A stretch of DNA of 64,000 bases from a virus: the IMG/VR virus record IMGVR_UViG_3300008116_000027, positions 12,886-76,885 of that record; one strand, written 5' to 3'. The position numbers were made by a program, and so were the translations under genes. Below the pieces are notes generated by a model that had not been told where the DNA came from, made no database searches, and was given only the letters and a program-made list of their open reading frames with translations. Positions 1 through 9,012 of this stretch are shown here, piece after piece. Positions within the stretch are counted from its first letter, which is position 1, and each line of letters opens with the position of its first letter.

Positions 1-353
1 CTGGAACATCTATGCCAATCCATGTAGATGCTAGCGGAAGAGCTGGTGCTACAGATGACGACAAAATATCTATGGATCTGGCTGCTTTGATTTACTTAAA
101 CGACGACTATACGGGCGGGGAATTAAATTTTGTAGATTTAGGCATAAAACTTAAACCATCTGCTGGAAGCATTGTAATTTTTGACGGCATAAAGCATCAG
201 CATGAATCTACCCTAATTACATCTGGTAACAAGATATACATTCCATTTTATATGCACACAAAATACGGTTTAATTTCCTGTTTTAGAGAACCTGTCGAAG
301 CAGGCGGCAATCAGACTTTTATTTCCAACCAAATACCCAGGTTGACAGAATAA
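1..353 (+). CDS. 2OG-Fe(II) oxygenase, prolyl-4-hydroxylase-like (5' truncated by window edge)
   Basis: HxD (IHVD), YLNDDYTGGEL, distal His (QHES); frame is open upstream of ATG12 to the window edge. Confidence 0.85.
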   Translation, partial: GTSMPIHVDASGRAGATDDDKISMDLAALIYLNDDYTGGELNFVDLGIKLKPSAGSIVIFDGIKHQHESTLITSGNKIYIPFYMHTKYGLISCFREPVEAGGNQTFISNQIPRLTE

Positions 354-371
354 TTTTTCAAATGCTACAAT
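342..371 (+). promoter_or_regulatory. sigma70/sigmaA-type promoter
   Basis: TTGACA 342-347, 18-nt spacer, extended -10 TGcTACAAT ending at 371. Confidence 0.65.
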
Positions 372-377
372 CTTAGC

Positions 378-575
378 CTTGGACAGTTTTCGGAGATAAT
401 ATCAAGGGGTTAAACTCCAAGTGCGACAATGACGGAAATGTTATTAGTCTGGCTTATGCATCCAGTATAGGTTCAACCGATGAATTGCAGGCTTACAACC
501 TTAAAAGACAATTTCGGGGTCCTTTTCTTAAAAAAGGGGTGTAGGGGTTGTATGCTTTCAAATCTGGAAATACTC
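378..575 (+). ncRNA. candidate structured non-coding RNA or long leader
   Basis: Follows the promoter; no long ORF; GC-richer than flanks; 491-500 GCTTACAACC pairs with 546-555 GGTTGTATGC and encloses a CCTTTT/AAAAGG hairpin. Confidence 0.3.
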
Positions 576-614
576 CTAAAAAATAAATAAGGATATAAAT
601 AATATATTAAATAT

Positions 615-773
615 ATGAATGATAAAAAAAGCGGGAAGTTTAGAATTTGGGATTACGATCTCAGACCAATACCAGTAGATCATCAGACTGATTGGGAATA
701 CATCAATAGATGTCATAAAGTCCATACATACGTAGTTGGTCCTACTCCTCCAGCAATATGGTGGTCTATATAA
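615..773 (+). CDS. small hypothetical protein (52 aa)
   Basis: Manual translation MNDKKSGKFRIWDYDLRPIPVDHQTDWEYINRCHKVHTYVVGPTPPAIWWSI; below the ORF-track cutoff. Confidence 0.5.
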   Translation: MNDKKSGKFRIWDYDLRPIPVDHQTDWEYINRCHKVHTYVVGPTPPAIWWSI

Positions 774-789
774 TTCATATATATTCTAG

Positions 790-818
790 TTGACTAAGAT
801 ATATATCAGATATATAAT
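790..818 (+). promoter_or_regulatory. sigma70-type promoter for a leaderless mRNA
   Basis: TTGACT 790-795, 17 nt, TATAAT 813-818, ATG 6 nt downstream. Confidence 0.7.
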
Positions 819-824
819 AGCTAT

Positions 825-908
825 ATGAACTCTATTTATCAGAAATTAATAGCAAGTGCTTTAATTATTATGATGGCATATATAGCTCTTGCCTTCATTG
901 TAGGTTAA
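825..908 (+). CDS. 27-aa single-transmembrane peptide
   Basis: MNSIYQKLIASALIIMMAYIALAFIVG; starts at the expected TSS of a near-consensus promoter. Confidence 0.55.
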   Translation: MNSIYQKLIASALIIMMAYIALAFIVG

Positions 909-1046
909 ATTTAAAATAGCCTTTAAAAGCCTTCTAAGGCCTATATCCCGATTTTCTGGGCATATGGCTAGGGGTAAGTATGGGTTCTCTACTTTCGACG
1001 CACTGAAATTTTTACAATTGCACTTATTGAGAGGATTTAGTACCCT

Positions 1047-1562
1047 GTGAATATGGAAGATCAATACATGACTAAGATCATGCAGGGCCCGTTTTTATGG
1101 GAGTATTTAAATGAGACTCCATATACTATTAGACATACAATGGCTGAATATTTTTTAGCTAATGAACCACTTGTGGTAGATGTTGGCACTTATAAAATCC
1201 CGTTAAAGGTAAATGGAGAATTAATATCTATAGATCCACTTAATACCTTCCCAGGCGGATACAATAAAGATGTTAAGATATTTTTAGAAGAAGTCAATCC
1301 AATAAATTTTTCATTATCATGCCTAGGTCTGGCAATACAAGGGCCTAAAGAGCAATGGGATGCTTTTTTAGAGTTATTTAAGAGATCTAAAATGGCTGTT
1401 ATTGAATATTCTAGGGATGCCCACAATCATTCTGATTTTGATAGGATAGAAGAGTTGTGTAATATTAAACAGGTTTATTTTAAAGCTTATATGGACATGC
1501 CAGATGTAGAAGTTAAAGGCATTAGGCCATACCCTAAAAGAAAGTTTCTAGTTTTTAAATAG
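1047..1562 (+). CDS. hypothetical protein, possible SAM-methyltransferase-like fold
   Basis: 171-aa ORF with VVDVGT resembling motif I, then ISIDP; likely start ATG1053 (TTGCAC-17-TACCCT upstream). Confidence 0.55.
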   Translation: MNMEDQYMTKIMQGPFLWEYLNETPYTIRHTMAEYFLANEPLVVDVGTYKIPLKVNGELISIDPLNTFPGGYNKDVKIFLEEVNPINFSLSCLGLAIQGPKEQWDAFLELFKRSKMAVIEYSRDAHNHSDFDRIEELCNIKQVYFKAYMDMPDVEVKGIRPYPKRKFLVFK

Positions 1563-1697
1563 TTTCCAGAATAGTAGTTTTTGAAAAAACTTTTTTATTG
1601 AATTCTGCATCCTTAATTCAGGACTTTCGTTTTTATAATGCTCTGATTGAAAATATGGGCTAAACATCTGATCGCTAAAATATCTTCTTGGAGTCAT
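1548..1697 (-). CDS. small hypothetical protein (49 aa), leaderless
   Basis: Manual translation MTPRRYFSDQMFSPYFQSEHYKNESPELRMQNSIKKFFQKLLFWKLFKN; TATAAT lies 6 nt upstream of the ATG. Confidence 0.5.
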   Translation of the reverse strand: MTPRRYFSDQMFSPYFQSEHYKNESPELRMQNSIKKFFQKLLFWKLFKN

Positions 1698-1729
1698 ACT
1701 CTAATTATACTATAGATGTAATTATACCT

Positions 1730-2554
1730 CTATTTAATTTCATTTACAGGTTCGTTTATGCTGTACTCAGAATTTTCATTTTCAATACGACGCAAAGCAT
1801 ACATATTTTCTTTATTTGTCCAAATGTCTTTTTCTTTTTCCGTATTTCTTTCCCTAAATCTACCTAAACTTAAATGCTCTTTACAAGAAGGCACAGTCCT
1901 AAATTCTGCTAGATTTATATCTCTAGACTCTCCTTCTTCTAATTTTGAATAAGGAGGGCCAACAATTATCCACCTTGAAGCCTGTAATTTACAAAAATAA
2001 CATTCTATATTACCCAATTCATTTAGAGTTGTAGACCAAGATCCATCTTTTTCATTCTTAATTAATGGTTCATTTATAAAGTAAGATGATTTAGATCTAT
2101 CTGATTTACTTAAATGATGCACTGGGACACTTTCATGTATTAATGAATAGGTGTAATCAAATACCCCAGGCCCATCAAAAGGTATAGCTGGAGACGTAAG
2201 ATGATCTATTAGCAATTCCACATCATCAAGAGATTCATTTAAAAATAAATCAAACCTTACTTCAGCAGGATAAACAGTATCTGTTATTTTCATTACTAAA
2301 TAACCATTGCTCATATATTGAGTAGCAATCAAACCTTCATTGCCAGGTTGTTCTATATTTACAATATAAGGCTTTCCAATTTGGCTTCCTAAATAGTTTT
2401 TATGATAAACCTCATGACCATAATCGCATAAATGTTCTTTTGAATATGTAAATAAACCAGAAAGCATATTACTTAGCCATTCTAAATCTTTAATTGGATT
2501 TATAGTATATCCACGCAAAGTAAATTTACTATAATATTTTAATTTTTTATTCAT
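1730..2554 (-). CDS. hypothetical protein with degenerate AdoMet-decarboxylase-like N-terminus and C-terminal CxxC...CxxH
   Basis: PGNEGL..YPAEVRFDLF resembles phage SpeD but lacks the E-S/T-S-H self-cleavage site; CYFC and CKEH in the C-terminal part. Confidence 0.5.
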   Translation of the reverse strand: MNKKLKYYSKFTLRGYTINPIKDLEWLSNMLSGLFTYSKEHLCDYGHEVYHKNYLGSQIGKPYIVNIEQPGNEGLIATQYMSNGYLVMKITDTVYPAEVRFDLFLNESLDDVELLIDHLTSPAIPFDGPGVFDYTYSLIHESVPVHHLSKSDRSKSSYFINEPLIKNEKDGSWSTTLNELGNIECYFCKLQASRWIIVGPPYSKLEEGESRDINLAEFRTVPSCKEHLSLGRFRERNTEKEKDIWTNKENMYALRRIENENSEYSINEPVNEIK

Positions 2555-2569
2555 ACATCCATTCTATCA

Positions 2570-2647
2570 GAAAACCCAATCAGAGGCGGATCCGATTGGG
2601 TTTCAGGCATCTTATGACGCACTGTAGAGAGCTAGGCTCGACCTACA
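2570..2647 (-). ncRNA. candidate ~78-nt small RNA with three hairpins
   Basis: Own promoter (2653-2681); stems TGTAG/CTACA, GCGTC-ATAA-GATGC and AAACCCAATC/GATTGGGTTT followed by a short U-run; no ORF. Confidence 0.5.
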
Positions 2648-2652
2648 AAATA

Positions 2653-2681
2653 ATTGTATAATTATTATTTTATAAAGTCAA
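2653..2681 (-). promoter_or_regulatory. sigma70-type promoter
   Basis: TTGACT (2681-2676), 17 nt, TACAAT (2658-2653) on the minus strand. Confidence 0.65.
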
Positions 2682-2690
2682 CAAAAGAAA

Positions 2691-3500
2691 TTAAATTCCT
2701 TCTTTAGATCTTCTTTCATCCATTATTCTTACTTTTTCCTGGATAACATCAGCAAATTTTGGATTTACTTTTAATGGACCAGCCCACTCATTTAATTGTT
2801 GTTCAGTTGGATTTTTATACTGTCCTATTTGCTCATACCATTCTGGAGTTTTATAATTATAAAAAGTTCCAGGGTTATCTTCTGAATTTAATGCAAAATT
2901 AGAAAATACAAACCTAGTACCAGAAGTTGTTACTTTGGTTCCATGGTCATAAGGTTTACAAGCACCATGCAAAACAACGTCACCAGCCTCTGGCTGAATA
3001 ACAAGGCAGGGCTCTTCTAATCTTTCTTTACTAATATCTGTGCCTACTTTAATTGTTCCATCTGGATTAATATTTGGATAGTATAATTCACCACCAGTAA
3101 ATTCTCCAAAATACGCAGTCATTCCGTATTGTAAAGAGCAACATGCAGACCAAGTGTCTATTTCAAAAATTTCGTCTTCTCTACCCATTCCAGGACTATC
3201 GGCATGCACAAACATACCTTCATCGTGAGGTTCTGCAATCATTAAGCTTCTCATAGGGTGTATAACAATCTCTGGGTGTATTAATTCAGACATAAATTTC
3301 CAAACAAGAAAAGTGCTTGGCATAGGAGGACAAACTTTATCTTCATACCAGTTATTTGAACTCCATATATTTTCAGGCATAGTTCTTTGAAAATTTTCTA
3401 AATCTTTGTTAACTTCATTCATAATTTCTTGTGGAATTATGTTTTTGTAAATAAATATTCTATCTGATAGCTTAGTACATTTTGGATTGTCGTAAAACAT
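2691..3500 (-). CDS. 2OG-Fe(II) oxygenase (paralog of 3518-4312)
   Basis: FVHADS, GGELYYP, GDVVLHG, YDHG, GTRF motifs. Confidence 0.85.
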   Translation of the reverse strand: MFYDNPKCTKLSDRIFIYKNIIPQEIMNEVNKDLENFQRTMPENIWSSNNWYEDKVCPPMPSTFLVWKFMSELIHPEIVIHPMRSLMIAEPHDEGMFVHADSPGMGREDEIFEIDTWSACCSLQYGMTAYFGEFTGGELYYPNINPDGTIKVGTDISKERLEEPCLVIQPEAGDVVLHGACKPYDHGTKVTTSGTRFVFSNFALNSEDNPGTFYNYKTPEWYEQIGQYKNPTEQQLNEWAGPLKVNPKFADVIQEKVRIMDERRSKEGI

Positions 3501-3517
3501 ATTATTTATTTTCTCCT

Positions 3518-4312
3518 TTATACATTATTTTTTGTTTTTTCTTCAATGATTTCTCTAAATTGTTCATTAACTATTAAAGGAGAGTTCCACTCATTTAATT
3601 GTTTATCTGTGGGATCTTCATATTTACCTATTTGATCTTGCCACTCAGGGGTTTTGTAATTATAAAATGTACCAGGATTATCTTGAGCCATTAAAGCAAA
3701 ACAAGAAAAGGCAAACCTAATTCCATATTCTGTTTCTCTAGTTCCATGATCATATGGAGAGCATGCCCCATGTAAAACTATATCTCCTGGCTCAGGTTGA
3801 ACTTCAAAACATGGCTCTTCTAATATTTGTTTAGTGACTTCCCAATGAGGTCCATTATTTTTTATACTACCATCTGGATTTAAATTGGGATAATATAATT
3901 TACCGCCTGTAAAATTTCCAAAATATGAAATCATCCCATATTCTAATTCACAACAAGTTGTCCATTGATCAATTTCGCTTAACATATGGCAATTGCCTTT
4001 TCCAGGGCTATCTGAATGCACAAACATTCCTTCATCGCCTGGTACAGATACCATAAAACTTCTTACTGGATGTATTACAACTTCTGGATAAATGAGTTCT
4101 GACATAAATTTCCATAATGGAAAACTATTTTTATAAGGAGGAGTCATCTTATCCTTATACCATTCTCTTACACTCCAGTCGTTTTTTTCAACGCCTCTTT
4201 CATAAGTGGAAAGGTCTATGTTAACTAAATCCATTATTTCTTTTGGAATAATATTTTTATAGATATAGATTCTATCTGCTAATTTTGTGCATCTAGGGTC
4301 ATCATAAAACAT
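3518..4312 (-). CDS. 2OG-Fe(II) oxygenase (paralog of 2691-3500)
   Basis: FVHSDS, GGKLYYP, YDHG, GIRF; similar end to end to its neighbour. Confidence 0.85.
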   Translation of the reverse strand: MFYDDPRCTKLADRIYIYKNIIPKEIMDLVNIDLSTYERGVEKNDWSVREWYKDKMTPPYKNSFPLWKFMSELIYPEVVIHPVRSFMVSVPGDEGMFVHSDSPGKGNCHMLSEIDQWTTCCELEYGMISYFGNFTGGKLYYPNLNPDGSIKNNGPHWEVTKQILEEPCFEVQPEPGDIVLHGACSPYDHGTRETEYGIRFAFSCFALMAQDNPGTFYNYKTPEWQDQIGKYEDPTDKQLNEWNSPLIVNEQFREIIEEKTKNNV

Positions 4313-4366
4313 AGGGGCATTTCCTTTTTTTAGACATAATATAAATATATTATATCACTCAATGCC

Positions 4367-4555
4367 TTATGAATTGATAATTGATTTCTCTATTAATCTG
4401 TCATAAGTGTTGTTACATATTAACTCAAAAGACCTAAGTCCTTGTTCAATATACTGATCTGACTCTTCATCCGAAATCCCAGCACTAGAATAAATGCCTT
4501 TCATATCTGCAATAAATCCATCAAGCATCATTTGTACAATTTCTTCTTTATTCAT
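4367..4555 (-). CDS. hypothetical protein
   Basis: 62-aa ORF overlapping the upstream gene in an operon. Confidence 0.65.
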   Translation of the reverse strand: MNKEEIVQMMLDGFIADMKGIYSSAGISDEESDQYIEQGLRSFELICNNTYDRLIEKSIINS

Positions 4556-4769
4556 TTTGAGACCCTTCTTCTGTTGTAAATGCAGGGGCTGGTCCTAATA
4601 AGAATCCTTTTTCATGGTATTCTATTAGCTTAGCCACCTCGTCCCCATCATCTTTTGATGAGTATTTTGCTAACAAAGTTAAAACATCGTAAATTCTGTG
4701 AAGCATTATATAATTTACCATAGGCAAATTGTCTTCAAGGCTTTTAGCCTCATTTTTATTTTCAGACAT
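4548..4769 (-). CDS. hypothetical protein
   Basis: 73-aa ORF with coupled overlaps on both sides. Confidence 0.7.
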   Translation of the reverse strand: MSENKNEAKSLEDNLPMVNYIMLHRIYDVLTLLAKYSSKDDGDEVAKLIEYHEKGFLLGPAPAFTTEEGSQNE

Positions 4770-4974
4770 TCTTGTTTACTCTTTCCTTTATATCATTATA
4801 CAATTTTTCTCCAATAAATTTTTTATAAGAGCAAGATAAACAATATAAATAAATATTGTCTTCTAAATCTAGGTTAGATTGAAGAAGGCCTTGGTCCATT
4901 GGGCATTCAAGCCTAGGCACAAGACCCTCTTCTGATAAAGCTATATATTGAGATACATATTGTATCTGTCGCAA
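4762..4974 (-). CDS. small zinc-ribbon-like protein
   Basis: CPMD...CLSC; TTG start preceded by AAGGAG. Confidence 0.65.
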   Translation of the reverse strand: MRQIQYVSQYIALSEEGLVPRLECPMDQGLLQSNLDLEDNIYLYCLSCSYKKFIGEKLYNDIKERVNKNV

Positions 4975-4983
4975 AATTGCTCC

Positions 4984-5550
4984 TTAAGCTTTAGGGAATT
5001 GATTAATCAACTCCTTGGCCTTTCCTATTGAGTTAGGCCATGATGACCAATCTTTACCGCCCTTAGTCATATAGTACGTTATCTCTGCGTTTGTTACTGG
5101 ATCAAATAATTCCTTATTTGACACTAAATTGAATTTTTCTAATCTGTCTACACCAAGTTCCCCTAGCATATTAATTTGAAAAATCCCGTAAGATTTATCA
5201 CCAGTTGATTTGTTGTCGTTTAAAGCAAGCGGTCTCCCGTTAGACTCTACCCTAGCAACAGCCCAAGCTGTTTTTAAAGCAATTCCTTCAAATCCTACAG
5301 CCCATAATAAATCTTTTAAATCTTCAGCTGCAAGCATTTCAGAATGCTTATAAGTTTCATTACTGAACTTATTTATTATTTCTCTTTTTAGTTGTTTTTC
5401 GGTTTTTTGTACCTTTTCAGGCGCAGTTGTTAAAGCTTGACTCATTGTAGGTCCAGGCTGGACTGTAAACAAAAATAATGTTATCATTATAATAACAGTC
5501 CAATTATGAACTACATCGCTCAAACTTTGTTTGATTCTCTCCATTGGCAT
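4984..5550 (-). CDS. lysozyme-like/lytic transglycosylase with N-terminal signal or anchor helix (candidate endolysin)
   Basis: Catalytic ES (ARVESNG), SYGIFQIN, FDPVTNA, DWSSW; hydrophobic N-terminal segment; GGAGG RBS. Confidence 0.8.
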   Translation of the reverse strand: MPMERIKQSLSDVVHNWTVIIMITLFLFTVQPGPTMSQALTTAPEKVQKTEKQLKREIINKFSNETYKHSEMLAAEDLKDLLWAVGFEGIALKTAWAVARVESNGRPLALNDNKSTGDKSYGIFQINMLGELGVDRLEKFNLVSNKELFDPVTNAEITYYMTKGGKDWSSWPNSIGKAKELINQFPKA

Positions 5551-5628
5551 TCCTCCTTTAGAGATAACGAACTATAATAGTAGCATTGATTAGTTGAGCG
5601 TGTCAACCCAGTTGACCAGAAAGAGTTT

Positions 5629-6618
5629 ATGAATATTTCATTTTCTACGCCTATAGTTAATTTAAGAACTAATAATGGATATGGATATGCAAGTAAAAAT
5701 ATAGTAAAATCTTTAAATAAACTAGGACACTTCACACCATTTCAAGATCCAAAATCAAAATTACAATTAAATTTTTCACAACCATCACATTTTAAATTAC
5801 ATAAAAATCAACATCAAATTAGTTATACTCCGTGGGAGTCCACAATAATCCCAGAAGAGTGGAAATATTACATGAATGCATGTGATGAAATATGGGTAAC
5901 TTCAGATTGGTGTGCAAATGTATTTGAAGATAATGGATTTAAAGTTTCTAATGTTTATCCACACGGTATTGACCCTATGTGGATCCCAAACAGAAGGCAA
6001 GATGACGGAGTAATTAAATTTTTACACATAGGGGAGCCAGCACCAAGAAAAGCTGGACAAATGGTATTAGATGCATTTGGACATTTATTCGGAAATAAAG
6101 ACGGATTCTCATTAACAATTAAAGCAGATCAAATAAATACCACCAGAGTATATAATAACTATTTAGATAAAAATATTTTAGGAACACCAGATAAATATTA
6201 TAATAACGTATATGTAATTATAGATGTCTTAAATGATGAGGAATTAGTAGAATTATACCAGTCTCATGATGTCTTAGTTTATCCAAGTTATGGTGAAGGA
6301 TTTGGCTTTATTCCATTACAAGCATTAGCAACTGGCATGCCAACAATATGTACAACAGGATGGGCACATTACGAAAATTATCTTGGTCCACTAAAATTAA
6401 AATCAGAATTAATAGATTCACCTTGGCCATTTCCACATCAAGGAAAAGTTTTTGAACCAAACTATCAACATTTACTTGAACTTATGAGAGATGTTTCAAT
6501 AAACTTTAATGCATATTCTGGATATTATTTTGCTCAGTCAACTAAAATACATAAAGATTATAATTGGGATCAGTTGACCAAGAATGCATTTAAAGATATT
6601 TTAAAAAAAATTTATTAA
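5629..6618 (+). CDS. GT-B glycosyltransferase (GT4-like)
   Basis: RKAG and PSYGEGFGFIPLQALATGMPTI signature; N-terminal GYG. Confidence 0.9.
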   Translation: MNISFSTPIVNLRTNNGYGYASKNIVKSLNKLGHFTPFQDPKSKLQLNFSQPSHFKLHKNQHQISYTPWESTIIPEEWKYYMNACDEIWVTSDWCANVFEDNGFKVSNVYPHGIDPMWIPNRRQDDGVIKFLHIGEPAPRKAGQMVLDAFGHLFGNKDGFSLTIKADQINTTRVYNNYLDKNILGTPDKYYNNVYVIIDVLNDEELVELYQSHDVLVYPSYGEGFGFIPLQALATGMPTICTTGWAHYENYLGPLKLKSELIDSPWPFPHQGKVFEPNYQHLLELMRDVSINFNAYSGYYFAQSTKIHKDYNWDQLTKNAFKDILKKIY

Positions 6619-6705
6619 AGTCTTCCCCTTGTGAATAACATTTGATACACTTATATCTCATCTAAATTTTAAAAACTGCACAGGCGGAGAAAAGGTCGTA
6701 TATAA

Positions 6706-8640
6706 ATGCCATTTACAATTGAAAACCCATATGAAAACTTTATTGCATTATCTAGATATGCAAGATGGATGCCAGAAGAAAATCGTCGTGAAACATGGAG
6801 CGAAACCGTAGATCGTTATTTTGTTTTTATGTTAGATCATTTGTTTAGAGAGTATTCGTACGAGCCATCATCAAAGTTAATCCAGGAATTAAAAGAAGCA
6901 GTTCTTAAAAGAAATGTTATGCCTTCAATGAGAGCAGTAATGACTTCAGGTCCAGCTTTAGAAAGAGATCATGTTGCTGGATACAATTGTTCATTTGTTC
7001 CAGTAGATTCTCCTCGTTCATTTGATGAAACAATGTATATTCTTATGTGCGGTACAGGAGTAGGATTTTCTGTTGAATATAAGTACATTAATAAATTACC
7101 AGCAGTTCCAGAATCATTAGAAAAATCTACAACCGTAATTACAGTAGAAGATTCTAAACAAGGATGGGCAAAAGCATATCGTGAACTTCTTGCAATGCTT
7201 TGGGCAGGACAAATTCCAGCAATTGATGTAACTAAATTGCGTCCAGCAGGAGCACGTCTTAAAACTATGGGCGGAAGATCTTCTGGCCCACAACCATTAG
7301 TTAATCTTTTTGATTTTACAATTAAAATATTTAAAAATGCAGTTGGAAGAAATTTAAAACCAATTGAATGTCATGACTTAATGTGTAAAATTGGTGAAGT
7401 AGTAGTTGTTGGTGGAGTTCGTAGATCCGCAATGATTTCTCTTTCTAATATTAATGACATTGAGATGGCGTCAGCAAAATCTGGCAACTGGTGGGAAACA
7501 AATCCACAACGTGCACTATCAAATAATTCTGTTGCATATTCTCGTAAACCAGAAATGGAACAGTTCATAGCAGAATGGAAAAATTTATATGATTCAAAAT
7601 CAGGAGAGCGTGGAATATACAATGTTGCAGCAGCACAGGCGCAAGCAGCTAAATATGGACGCAGGGATCCTGAAATACACTATGGAACAAACCCTTGCTC
7701 TGAAATTATTTTGCGTCCTTATCAGTTTTGTAACCTTTCAGAAGTCGTATTACGTGAAAAAGATACAATTGAGGATGTTGAAAATAAAGTACGACTTGCT
7801 ACAATTCTTGGTACCTGGCAATCAACCTTAACAGACTTTAAATATCTTAGAAAAATTTGGAAAGATAACACAGAAGAAGAAAGACTACTAGGGGTTTCTT
7901 TAACTGGACAGTTTGGGCATAAATTCTTTTCTGGAAAAGAAGATATTAATAAATTAGAAAAAACTCTGGTATCGCTTCGAGAGTCAGCCAGAAAAATAAA
8001 TTCTGAAGAAGCCAAAAAAATTGGTATACAGGAATCAGCAGCAATTACTTGTGTTAAACCATCTGGCACCGTATCTCAATTAGTAGGAGTGTCTTCAGGA
8101 ATGCATCCTTGGCATTCCAAGTATTATATTCGCACAGTTCGTGGATCAAAGGGAGACCCAATTTCTGTATTTTTAAAAGAAGTAGGAATTCCAGTAGAAG
8201 ATGATGTGATGAAGCCAAATGAAACTTATGTATTTTCATTTCCAATCAAAGCACCAGAAGAAGCAATTGTTAGAAGCGACCTTACAGCAATTGATCATTT
8301 AAATACTTGGTTGGTTTATCAGCGTGCATGGTGTGAACACAAGCCATCTATTACTGTTTCTGTAAAAGAAGATGAATGGATGGAAGTTGGATCATGGGTT
8401 TATAAAAACTTTGATGAAGTATCTGGAATCTCATTCCTACCCCACTCAGATCATTCATACAAACAAGCACCATATCAAGAAGTTACTAAAGAAGAGTACG
8501 AAGAGCTTTTGTCTAAAATGCCAAAAGAAATTAGATGGCAAGATCTTTCATTTTATGAAACAGAAGATGGAACTTCTACAAATGCTACGCTTGCATGTAC
8601 TTCAGACGGTAACTGTGAACTTGTAGATATTTCTGCATAG
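6706..8640 (+). CDS. nrdJ: class II (adenosylcobalamin-dependent) ribonucleotide reductase
   Basis: YNCSF, GGVRRSA, TNPCSEI, QFCNLSE, CVKPSGT and C-terminal C-x4-C pair; no beta-subunit gene next to it. Confidence 0.92.
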   Translation: MPFTIENPYENFIALSRYARWMPEENRRETWSETVDRYFVFMLDHLFREYSYEPSSKLIQELKEAVLKRNVMPSMRAVMTSGPALERDHVAGYNCSFVPVDSPRSFDETMYILMCGTGVGFSVEYKYINKLPAVPESLEKSTTVITVEDSKQGWAKAYRELLAMLWAGQIPAIDVTKLRPAGARLKTMGGRSSGPQPLVNLFDFTIKIFKNAVGRNLKPIECHDLMCKIGEVVVVGGVRRSAMISLSNINDIEMASAKSGNWWETNPQRALSNNSVAYSRKPEMEQFIAEWKNLYDSKSGERGIYNVAAAQAQAAKYGRRDPEIHYGTNPCSEIILRPYQFCNLSEVVLREKDTIEDVENKVRLATILGTWQSTLTDFKYLRKIWKDNTEEERLLGVSLTGQFGHKFFSGKEDINKLEKTLVSLRESARKINSEEAKKIGIQESAAITCVKPSGTVSQLVGVSSGMHPWHSKYYIRTVRGSKGDPISVFLKEVGIPVEDDVMKPNETYVFSFPIKAPEEAIVRSDLTAIDHLNTWLVYQRAWCEHKPSITVSVKEDEWMEVGSWVYKNFDEVSGISFLPHSDHSYKQAPYQEVTKEEYEELLSKMPKEIRWQDLSFYETEDGTSTNATLACTSDGNCELVDISA

Positions 8641-8709
8641 TGGTATTATATTAGTATTGGGTAACCCCCAAAATTCCTGGGCACACGGCTCAGAAATAGG
8701 AGGATCTTA

Positions 8710-8937
8710 ATGAAAAAAGATCTAAATAACGATGGAGTAATAACAATGACAGAACAAATCCTAGCGGCTCTTGGAACATATGCTCGTGCATTTCTTTCAG
8801 CAGCAATCGCTTTGTATATGACTGGCAATACAAATCCAAAGGACCTTTTGATGGGTGGAGTTGCAGCAGTAGCCCCAGTAATTTTAAAGGCTCTTTCACC
8901 AAGCAATCAAGAGTTTGGTTTCAAGTCAGCTAAGTAA
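8710..8937 (+). CDS. putative holin (two hydrophobic segments)
   Basis: 75 aa, two hydrophobic stretches, charged C-terminus, AGGAGG RBS. Confidence 0.6.
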   Translation: MKKDLNNDGVITMTEQILAALGTYARAFLSAAIALYMTGNTNPKDLLMGGVAAVAPVILKALSPSNQEFGFKSAK

Positions 8938-8956
8938 TTTAGTAAACTGTATTAAG

Positions 8957-8990
8957 AAAGCTCCTATGCTAAAATGAGCATAGGAGTTTT
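8957..8990 (+). terminator. intrinsic terminator with an embedded extended -10 element
   Basis: Perfect 10-bp stem CTCCTATGCT/AGCATAGGAG followed by TTTT; TGCTAAAAT spans stem and loop. Confidence 0.6.
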
Positions 8991-9012
8991 CCTATTTTAG
9001 GAGATTTTGAAA

